Positions 1-7,398 of a stretch of DNA of 25,375 bases are shown here, piece by piece. Under the pieces are notes generated by a model. That model searched no databases and had not been told where the DNA came from. It was given only the letters and a program-made list of their open reading frames with translations. The DNA lies in the IMG/VR virus record IMGVR_UViG_3300037067_017539; one strand, 5' to 3'. This DNA is from an uncultured virus (IMG/VR IMGVR_UViG_3300037067_017539). Lineage: Duplodnaviria; Heunggongvirae; Uroviricota; Caudoviricetes. The translations under genes and the position numbers were made by a program. The number at the start of each line of letters is the position of its first letter. Position 1 is the first letter of the stretch.

Positions 1-2
1 CA

Positions 3-3000
3 TTAAAACAAACATACCTAAAAAAATGGCATAATCTTGACGCTATAATTCCAGATGAATTATTATCTATTGAAAATAAAAAACTTATTAAACAGGCAAA
101 TGATATTGAATTGGTTGCTGGGGTTGGTACAAAAGAAATATCACAATTAACCAAAATTCAATTTTCTGAAAACTTCGATATGTGGGATAATATCCAAAAA
201 GGTATTGATCCAACAGAACTACAAATTAAAATCTTTCAGCTTTTAAAATCAGATGTTCAACAAGCACAAATAAAATCTTTTAATAAAAATTCTGTAACTC
301 CACTTTCAGAAGCTGTTGAAGCAAAATTAAAAGGCGTTAAGGCGTTTGGTTTTTCTGATGAATACGAAAGTTTGATGGGCGTTAAATTATTTAAACAGGT
401 TGACGCCATTGAAGAAAGTGTTTTTGATGGATACAAAGATTTGCCTGTAGATAAAAAAGTCGAACATTTGAAAAAGGTTTTAGGACATGAAATTGAAGGC
501 AAAACTCGAGAATTGTTTATAAATTATCAAACAGCCAATGATAATATTACCGCTGAAATACTTAAGGTTGGTACGGGAATAGGGCCTTACGAGGTTGGCA
601 TTTGGGAAAATACAGATTCAACAATTAAAGCAATGTTAGTTAAAAAATGGCTAAAGCAAGGCGTTGCCGCTGAACAAATGGTGGCGCTTGCTGGCGATAA
701 AAAATTAGAGAAGATTGTTACTGAAAAATTAAAACCTGCTTTGCCGGGTAAACATGTAGTTGCAAGTATTAAAACTGTCGATTGGAAAAGCATTAATGAT
801 TTTGACGACTTGCTTGATTTGGCAAATAAAGAAGGTTGGATTGATAATATCGGCGAAGAAACCGCTGATTTTGCGAAAGAATTTTTTTTGAATATGAATA
901 CAGATGCAATTTTGAAGTTTAATAAAGAATTTGATGCCAGTGAAGAAATTTTATTGCCATTTATAAAAAGTAAGGTGGCAACGTATAAATTCAGCCTTCT
1001 TAAGCCTGATGAAACAATTCAGTTTATGATGAATCCAAATTATATTCCAGACTCAAAGATTGTTAAAATAGCAAACAAAACATTTAATCTTGCCGACCCT
1101 GAACAATTGAAACAATTTACATCGGCTCAAAAAAATGGGCTTAACAAATACGCAAAAAGCATTGCAGAAGGTAAAGCTCCGACAAAAATGCAAAATGCTT
1201 TTTTTGAAAATCTTGATGAAGCTGGTAAAGTTGACGTTAAAAAAAAGATTGATAAGTATAAAATTAAATTTGGCATTGCCGACGATATGGACGTTGTTCC
1301 TTCCGCTCCGCCACCACTGGCAAACGTGCCGAAACTTAATTTTGATGATATGGTAAAATACAAGGCGCAAGAAGGAAGCAATACCGGGGGATATTATTAT
1401 AACGTCAATAATCCGGCTGAAAAATATTACATCAAGACTCCCGGGAACCCTGAAATTGCAAAGAATGAGATGCTTGCCAGTAAGCTTTATGAAGCTGCCG
1501 GAACTGAAGTGCCCAACCTTCAGTTTATAGATGTAAATGGCGAACAATCTATAGCATCACATATTATTGACGGTGTTGAAAAAGCAAAGACGGCACTTAT
1601 TAACGGTGAAATACGGGCCGGCGTGTATGATGATTACGTTGTGGATGCTTGGCTTGCAAATTGGGACGTTGTGGGGCTCGGGTACGACAACCTTATGGTT
1701 AAGAACGGTATAAAGGGTGTTCGTATAGACGTTGGCGGTTCGTTAAGGTTCAGAGCGCAAGGCCTCGCCAAAGGTGATAAGTTTGGTAACAGCGTCTTTG
1801 AATTATCATCATTTAGGGATGCAGCCACAAACAGGCAATCGGAATCGGTATTTAAGTTCATCACAAAGGCAGAATTGGACGCCGGGGCAAGAAAGGTTCT
1901 TGCTGTGCCTGATAGCAAGATTCGTGAACTTGTTGAAGAATTTGGGCCGATTGATATTGCAGAAAGAAAGAAACTCGTTGATACTTTAATTGAAAGAAAG
2001 AAATATATTGCCAAACAGTTTCCTGATATTAAAGTTGATGTCGTTGCTGAAATACCGAAGGATTTGCTTGAAAAAATATCTGACTTTGAAGCGGATAGTA
2101 TAATAAAAGGACGGTCAAATGGCTTTGTAATAAAATTCGACAAAGAAGGCATCGAAGACAATCGGATTTTATTCTGGACAGAAAAAGACGTGCAGGGTAA
2201 TTTTCAAGTTGGAGCGACACTTAAAGTCAGAGAAGACGCCTTGCAAAAAATAACTGAAGGCACTACTAAAAAAGCAGCAATCAAAGATTTATCAACAAAA
2301 AATGTTTATGACAGTTTTATGATTGCTTTACGTGGTATAGGTCAACAAAGTAGAAGTAATGAAATATTAAGGCCAAAAGATATTGCTCGGGTTAAAGAAG
2401 CGTTATATTTATTCGATAGAAATAAAAAAATTATTAAAGAAGGCATTGAAAAAGGTTTTTATAGTGCTGAATCAATTGGGCAATTTGAATATCATTATAA
2501 AGATTTTATAAAAGTATTAAGAGAAGCCGTAAATAAAGAGGGCGAAATTTTCAAATGGGATCATGATTCTGACTTTAAAACAATTTTTCACCCTTTTTCT
2601 GATATAAAGGCAATTAAAAAAGAACTTAAATCAAGTAAGATACAATGGGTTAAGAAAAAGGGTTTGTTTGAAGAAAAAACCATTTTGAATGGTGTTATGC
2701 AGGAAACTGGTGAAAATATTCCATTGATAGATGATGAAGGTTTTGTACTTGATGATAGAGTTTTTCAACATTATTATGAAGCAGATATTGATGGAGTAAG
2801 GGTTAGAGTTTGGCCGGACGAGGAAGGGATTGTTTTTGCCAATAGGGGTAAAATTGATGTTATGGTAAAAGGTGGTGGCGGTAAAGAGCAAATGGTAAAG
2901 GCGTTAAAGGCTCTCGAAGACATTGGTATTGATGTATCGAGAACCACACAGCTTGATGAAGAATATCTTTATTTAAAACAGTGTATTTATGCAAGAAATG

Positions 3001-3755
3001 ACCCCAACTTCAAAACAATAATGGGGCAAGTTGATAGTAACATACTTTATAAAACGCTCGAAGATAAGGTTGTTTTCTTGAGAAATAAATTAAGTGAATT
3101 AATTGGAGTTAGCGACATTACAAAGATGAAAGAATATAATTACACTGGTATTCGGCAAGCTTTTGATAACGGTGAAATACAGCTATTTAGGCCGGACTTA
3201 CAAGGGTTTAAATGGAATCTATTCCAAAAAGAATATACACTTAAACATGAAGTTACTAAGGGTGGAATAATAAAGTCTCTTGAATCTATTCTAAATTCCG
3301 GGGGCAATCTTTTACCAACAACACAAAAAGTTAGATATGGTTTTTCTTGGGGTGGCAAATCTCCAATAGCAGATTTGCAAACTGGCGGCGCTTCTTATTT
3401 TTTCACAAGATTTAAAAGTGTTTATCATGCATTAAGTTCTGAAGGGTTAGTATGGGATAGTAAAATGGCTTCAAGATTAGATGCAATTTCTTATTCTGGA
3501 GATGAATATGGAAAATGTACTCCGGGCTTTGTTGAAAAAATGAGAAAAACAACCATTGAAGATTGGAAGAATAATGCCGATATGTTTAATAATGAAGTTA
3601 TTTTTAAAAATGCCTTGTCTATTTTTGATCATTTAAAATATGTTGTATGTGATTCAAATAAAAAAAGACAAGAAGTTATAGATTTGTTTAAAAAACATAA
3701 AATTAATGATTTATCAGGAAGGTCACTTGAAGATGTAGTTGTTGTAATGAAATAA
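3..3755 (+). CDS. 5'-truncated large multidomain protein (probable MuF/minor-head-type effector) with HipA/PI3-4-kinase-like domain and C-terminal DarT-like ADP-ribosyltransferase domain
   Basis: The frame is open from base 3 (LKQTYLKKWHNLDAIIPDE...), so the TTG at 111 is probably not the true start. Kinase motifs at ~1330-2030: GSNTGG, YYIK, NEMLAS, DAWLANWD, DN, RIDVGG. ART-like motifs at ~3234-3755: LKHEVT..LESILNSGG, GGASYFFTR, NEVIFK. Located upstream of scaffold and capsid. A MuF domain itself is not visible in the window. Confidence 0.75.
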   Translation, partial: LKQTYLKKWHNLDAIIPDELLSIENKKLIKQANDIELVAGVGTKEISQLTKIQFSENFDMWDNIQKGIDPTELQIKIFQLLKSDVQQAQIKSFNKNSVTPLSEAVEAKLKGVKAFGFSDEYESLMGVKLFKQVDAIEESVFDGYKDLPVDKKVEHLKKVLGHEIEGKTRELFINYQTANDNITAEILKVGTGIGPYEVGIWENTDSTIKAMLVKKWLKQGVAAEQMVALAGDKKLEKIVTEKLKPALPGKHVVASIKTVDWKSINDFDDLLDLANKEGWIDNIGEETADFAKEFFLNMNTDAILKFNKEFDASEEILLPFIKSKVATYKFSLLKPDETIQFMMNPNYIPDSKIVKIANKTFNLADPEQLKQFTSAQKNGLNKYAKSIAEGKAPTKMQNAFFENLDEAGKVDVKKKIDKYKIKFGIADDMDVVPSAPPPLANVPKLNFDDMVKYKAQEGSNTGGYYYNVNNPAEKYYIKTPGNPEIAKNEMLASKLYEAAGTEVPNLQFIDVNGEQSIASHIIDGVEKAKTALINGEIRAGVYDDYVVDAWLANWDVVGLGYDNLMVKNGIKGVRIDVGGSLRFRAQGLAKGDKFGNSVFELSSFRDAATNRQSESVFKFITKAELDAGARKVLAVPDSKIRELVEEFGPIDIAERKKLVDTLIERKKYIAKQFPDIKVDVVAEIPKDLLEKISDFEADSIIKGRSNGFVIKFDKEGIEDNRILFWTEKDVQGNFQVGATLKVREDALQKITEGTTKKAAIKDLSTKNVYDSFMIALRGIGQQSRSNEILRPKDIARVKEALYLFDRNKKIIKEGIEKGFYSAESIGQFEYHYKDFIKVLREAVNKEGEIFKWDHDSDFKTIFHPFSDIKAIKKELKSSKIQWVKKKGLFEEKTILNGVMQETGENIPLIDDEGFVLDDRVFQHYYEADIDGVRVRVWPDEEGIVFANRGKIDVMVKGGGGKEQMVKALKALEDIGIDVSRTTQLDEEYLYLKQCIYARNDPNFKTIMGQVDSNILYKTLEDKVVFLRNKLSELIGVSDITKMKEYNYTGIRQAFDNGEIQLFRPDLQGFKWNLFQKEYTLKHEVTKGGIIKSLESILNSGGNLLPTTQKVRYGFSWGGKSPIADLQTGGASYFFTRFKSVYHALSSEGLVWDSKMASRLDAISYSGDEYGKCTPGFVEKMRKTTIEDWKNNADMFNNEVIFKNALSIFDHLKYVVCDSNKKRQEVIDLFKKHKINDLSGRSLEDVVVVMK

Positions 3756-3802
3756 AAAATCTCAAATCTTAATTTTTTGATGTATAATAAAAAAAAAGGA
3801 GG
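3751..3802 (+). promoter_or_regulatory. Putative promoter (perfect TATAAT at 3783-3788) plus RBS for the small accessory genes
   Basis: AT-rich intergenic gap with TATAAT, followed by AAAGGAGG shortly before the ATG at 3811. No canonical TTGACA -35. Confidence 0.5.
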
Positions 3803-3810
3803 AAAATACA

Positions 3811-4182
3811 ATGAAAATATTCGATGAAAAAAGACCACTGGGTATAAAAATAGTTTTTAATTATGATGGTGATGTAATGTTTAGACCGATTGCTGAATTA
3901 TTTAAAACAGAGAAAGGACTGATATTTTTCGATATTTTTTGGCCGGAAGCATCGTTGAACCCAATTCATCATATTGACGGGGAAATAACCGGGGAAGGGC
4001 CTTGGAAAATTGATTATGATGATAAAAAATTTACCATTTTTGTTCTTGAAGAAAATGATCCATTGCTTGAAGAATATAACAATTGGATTGGTTACACCAA
4101 ACACATGAAATATCCTGCTGATTATGGAAAAAGGCGATTTGAACAGGAATTGAAAAGAATAGCAGGTTACAAAAAGGGGTGA
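3811..4182 (+). CDS. Hypothetical protein, candidate immunity/partner of the upstream effector
   Basis: 123 aa, strong RBS (AGGAGG), directly downstream of the kinase-ART gene. No recognisable family; the immunity role is inferred from position only. Confidence 0.6.
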   Translation: MKIFDEKRPLGIKIVFNYDGDVMFRPIAELFKTEKGLIFFDIFWPEASLNPIHHIDGEITGEGPWKIDYDDKKFTIFVLEENDPLLEEYNNWIGYTKHMKYPADYGKRRFEQELKRIAGYKKG

Positions 4183-4188
4183 TAATTA

Positions 4189-4557
4189 ATGTGGATATTT
4201 ACAAAGGATGGTTTTTTCAGTGTAGTTCATAAGCCCGGACAAGCAGATGATATGATTGCAGTTCGAGCCAGAAGCCGAGCTGATCTTGTAAGGGTGAATA
4301 AAAAGCTTGTGAAGAAAAGAATTAAGATTATTTCCAATAAAGGCACAGATTACGAATTTAGAATTGAAATTGACAAGGCAACATGGGCGAAATATTTATC
4401 TGATGAAACAATGGGCCTTGATTATGAAAACTTCAAGGATGAAGTAACCTTAATTGATGAAAGGAGGGCAAAAATATATCATAATGTTTGGGTCACACTG
4501 TTAGATATTTTTAAACAAACAAAAAAAATTTATAATCACTATAACATGCAGATGTAA
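4189..4557 (+). CDS. Conserved hypothetical protein (MWxFxxxGFFSxV / VRAR / DYxFR / DYxNFK pattern)
   Basis: 122 aa, RBS-like AAGGGGT upstream. The motif pattern looks like a recurring uncharacterised phage/mobile-element family; function unknown. Confidence 0.65.
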   Translation: MWIFTKDGFFSVVHKPGQADDMIAVRARSRADLVRVNKKLVKKRIKIISNKGTDYEFRIEIDKATWAKYLSDETMGLDYENFKDEVTLIDERRAKIYHNVWVTLLDIFKQTKKIYNHYNMQM

Positions 4558-4574
4558 AAAAAAGAGGTGTATAA

Positions 4575-4907
4575 ATGGAATTTTATACAAGGGTAGCTGG
4601 CGTTACGTTTCGGAACTCTGATGGCAAAAACCGTCAGGACATTATTGCGTCCACCAGAGGGGATGAACCAATAAGTTTGATTCGTGAACCGGAAAATCCT
4701 TATGATTCAAATGCAATTATGGTTTTGGATTCAAATGGCCGGCAATTGGGTTGTATAAAAAAATCAATTGCAGCTTGGTTGGCTCCACAGATGGATTCTG
4801 GCAAAAATGTAACCGCAATAATATCTTCTATTTCTGGTGGAAGCGAAGGGTATAGTTATGGCATTAATCTTCGAATAAATTGTTCGTGTGAAGATATTTT
4901 TGATTAA
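4575..4907 (+). CDS. Stand-alone HIRAN-domain protein
   Basis: Characteristic HIRAN motifs VAGVTFR, LIREPENPYDSNAI.V and QLGCI....A..LAP.MD. RBS GAGGTG. Confidence 0.9.
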   Translation: MEFYTRVAGVTFRNSDGKNRQDIIASTRGDEPISLIREPENPYDSNAIMVLDSNGRQLGCIKKSIAAWLAPQMDSGKNVTAIISSISGGSEGYSYGINLRINCSCEDIFD

Positions 4908-4946
4908 AATAAAAAAATCTCTTTATTTTTTTTTTAAAATGTATTA
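4907..4946 (+). promoter_or_regulatory. Second copy of bipartite motif AAATAAAAAA(A)TCTC-N16/17-ATGTAT(A/T)A, putative promoter for the scaffold/capsid operon
   Basis: Matches the motif at 3751-3788 in both blocks with near-equal spacing. Lies upstream of the GGAGG RBS and ATG at 4991. Confidence 0.4.
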
Positions 4947-4990
4947 AATGATAAACATAACATAACCGGGGAATGGAGGATTTATAAAAA

Positions 4991-5752
4991 ATGTTAAAAT
5001 TCATTGTTAATAATCTTGAAGATGTTGAAGAAGCCTTAAGACCACTTTATAAGGTTGCTGCAGATGGTAAATTTCATTTGCAGACCGAGGCAGATCCTGA
5101 TGCAAAAAAGAAAGTTGATGAATTCCGTGATAATAATGTCAAGCTTATGAAAGAGCTTGACGAAATGAAAAAAAAGTATGGCAATATTGATCCGGAAAAA
5201 GTCAAAGAACTTGAAAAAATGCAACAAGACATTGATGACAAAAAAATGCTTGATGTAAAGGGTGTTGATGAACTGGTTGCTCAAAAAACTGAACGTATGC
5301 GGCAAGATTATGAAGATCAAATTGCCGAACTGAAAAAAACAATTGATGCTAAATCTACAGAACTTAATAAAACTGCCGAAAGGCTTTCGGAAGTTTTAAT
5401 TGATGGTGAAATTACCAAAGCGGCGACGGCAATTGGCGGAGTAAGGCCGGGGGCAATGGAAGATATTATTGCAAGGGGTCGAAGGGTTTGGCGGCTTGAA
5501 GAAGGCAAACCAGTTCCAAAAGAAGGCGATAAAATTCTGTATGGCAAAGATGCTAAAGAAATAATGACGTTTGACGAATGGGCGCGAGTTCTCGCAACAT
5601 CAGCACCATTTTTATTTGAACCTTCTTCCGGTGGTGGTGCTGGCGGTGCTGGTGGTGCTGGCGGTGGAAGTAAGAAATTCGGTGGGCGAGACCTTAGCAA
5701 AATTCCAGCGCAAGAACGCCTTAGAATGATTCATGCTGACGTGGCTGAATGA
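4991..5752 (+). CDS. Capsid scaffolding protein
   Basis: Charged coiled-coil protein immediately upstream of the capsid gene. N-terminal L..V.E..R.LY....DGKF.L motif, and P.LF followed by a Gly-rich linker (SSGGGAGGAGGAGGGS) and short C-terminal helix, typical of scaffolds. Confidence 0.85.
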   Translation: MLKFIVNNLEDVEEALRPLYKVAADGKFHLQTEADPDAKKKVDEFRDNNVKLMKELDEMKKKYGNIDPEKVKELEKMQQDIDDKKMLDVKGVDELVAQKTERMRQDYEDQIAELKKTIDAKSTELNKTAERLSEVLIDGEITKAATAIGGVRPGAMEDIIARGRRVWRLEEGKPVPKEGDKILYGKDAKEIMTFDEWARVLATSAPFLFEPSSGGGAGGAGGAGGGSKKFGGRDLSKIPAQERLRMIHADVAE

Positions 5753-5756
5753 AAAA

Positions 5757-5877
5757 CCTTCGGTGAAGGCAACAATATAATTTTTTAAAACCGTTTTTGG
5801 GTCTGAGACCCAAAATAAAGTCCCGGTGGGATTTAACCGTTTGTAATATGGTTATTTCTTTCGGGACTTTTTTATTT
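5757..5877 (+). promoter_or_regulatory. Structured leader of the capsid gene: three triloop hairpins plus an alternative long-range stem ending in a U-tract
   Basis: ccttc-GGT-gaagg (5757-5769), ttttgggtc-TGA-gacccaaaa (5795-5815) and aagtccc-GGT-gggattt (5818-5834). aaagtcccg (5817-5825) is also perfectly complementary to cgggacttt (5862-5870), which is followed by TTTATTT. Confidence 0.6.
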
Positions 5878-5915
5878 GTCGATAAAAAAACATTAATAAA
5901 TCATGGAGGTAAATT

Positions 5916-6851
5916 ATGGCTTTAACATTGGTTGAAAGTTCGAAAATTGCTCTTGGTCGGGATGAAGTTTTGAAAGCAACTGTTATGGAACTTTTTGCTC
6001 GTGGTTCTGATCTTATGGCTGCTCTCCCGTTTGAAGACATTACCGGTAATGCTTTGAAATTTGATCGTGAAAAAACATTACCGAATGTTGCTTTTCGTGG
6101 TGTAAATGAAGGATATGAGGAAGGCACCGGCGAGACTGAAAAAGTCATTGAATCTCTGGCCATTGCTGGCGGTGATCTTGACGTTGATAAGTTTCTTGTA
6201 AAAACTGGCGGAACAGGTCAGAGGGCAGTTCAGGAAGGCTTAAAAATTAAGGCCTTGACGCTGAACATTACAAAGCAGTTTATTAAGGGCTCCATTCTTA
6301 CGGATGCAAAGGGTTTTGATGGTCTTCAGGTTCGTTGTACTGGCGATCAGCTTATAAATGCTGGAGCGACTGCTGCCAGTGGTGCGGCTCTGTCTCTCGT
6401 AAAATTGGACGAACTGATTGACTCTGTTGAAGATGCAACCCATCTGCTTATGAATAAGGGTATGAGACGTCGGCTTTCTGCTGCTTCTCGTAACAGTTCC
6501 GTTGGTGGTTATATTACCTATGATCAGGACGCCTTCGGTCGCCGAGTAACAATGTATAATGATTTGCCGATTCTTATTGCAGACAAGGATGAAAGCAATG
6601 TCGATATTCTTGGTTTTTCAGAATCAGGAAGCGGAACCAGTGCGTTATATACGTCTATTTATTGCTTGTCCATGGCGGAAAATGGCGTTCTCGGTTTGCA
6701 ATCCGGCGAAATGGATGTTAATGATCTTGGCGAACAAGACAGTAAACCCGTTATGAGAACTCGTGTTGAATGGTATGTTACTCTTGCAATCCTGCGGCCG
6801 AGAGCGGCAAGTCGGCTTTACAGTATTCTTGACGGTGCTGTAACTGCGTAA
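5916..6851 (+). CDS. Major capsid protein (HK97 fold)
   Basis: 311 aa, strong RBS GGAGGT. Motifs MALTL.E..K, LPF..I.GNA..F.RE..LP...FR.VNEGY, GGDLDVD.F, FDGL..R and RTRVEWY are typical of phage MCPs. Follows the scaffold gene. Confidence 0.93.
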   Translation: MALTLVESSKIALGRDEVLKATVMELFARGSDLMAALPFEDITGNALKFDREKTLPNVAFRGVNEGYEEGTGETEKVIESLAIAGGDLDVDKFLVKTGGTGQRAVQEGLKIKALTLNITKQFIKGSILTDAKGFDGLQVRCTGDQLINAGATAASGAALSLVKLDELIDSVEDATHLLMNKGMRRRLSAASRNSSVGGYITYDQDAFGRRVTMYNDLPILIADKDESNVDILGFSESGSGTSALYTSIYCLSMAENGVLGLQSGEMDVNDLGEQDSKPVMRTRVEWYVTLAILRPRAASRLYSILDGAVTA

Positions 6852-6913
6852 TCTTTAAGTAACAAGTAACATTTTTTGTTGAATATAACGTTTAATAACA
6901 TAGGAGGATTATT

Positions 6914-7387
6914 ATGCTTGATAGTAGAAGACTTATTATTGATGATGCTTGCAAATTGGCTGATACCGGTGGCAATGGTACGAATTTGCTCAACAGTTCT
7001 GCGGCCGCAACCATTGACGGAACGGCGAAAACTTTCGATACTGGTGGTGGTTATACCGAAGCCAAATGGGTTCTTGATATTGCTTCTGTCGTTGGTGTTG
7101 CAACTGCGGCTTCTGTAGCTGGGCTTGAAATTGCGTTGGAAGCATCCACAACTTCAACATTTACTGATTGGGTTAAACTGGCCCGGTTGAAACTTGGGCC
7201 GGAAGCGACGACACATACCCGTGAATCTTCCGATAATTCGGCGGCTTCTGGTGCTGTTGGCAGGTATATTTATCCAGTTCATAACCTCTTCAATAGTACT
7301 ATTTACAGACATCTTCGGGTTTATACGGCATTTGGCCCAACTGTTGGTAATCAGACAGTTGGTTTCCAGTCTTGGTTGTCTAAATAA
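6914..7387 (+). CDS. Capsid decoration/cement protein (Bbp16-like jelly roll)
   Basis: 157 aa, beta-rich and Ser/Thr/Ala/Gly-rich, directly after the MCP, RBS AGGAGG. C-terminal YRHLRVY motif resembles cement proteins. Confidence 0.7.
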   Translation: MLDSRRLIIDDACKLADTGGNGTNLLNSSAAATIDGTAKTFDTGGGYTEAKWVLDIASVVGVATAASVAGLEIALEASTTSTFTDWVKLARLKLGPEATTHTRESSDNSAASGAVGRYIYPVHNLFNSTIYRHLRVYTAFGPTVGNQTVGFQSWLSK

Positions 7388-7398
7388 AGGGGGATTCA

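Noticed and set aside
111..113. TTG start proposed for the 1214-aa ORF
   Set aside because: The frame is open to the window edge with no stop, and there is no RBS before 111, so the gene most likely starts upstream.
4926..4935. Poly-T tract (and poly-A at ~3789-3797) as phase-variation sites
   Set aside because: Homopolymers are common in this AT-rich sequence, and there is no evidence of length variation from a single sequence.
5630..5671. GGTGGTGCTGGC-type tandem repeat
   Set aside because: It simply encodes the Gly/Ala linker common at scaffold C-termini.
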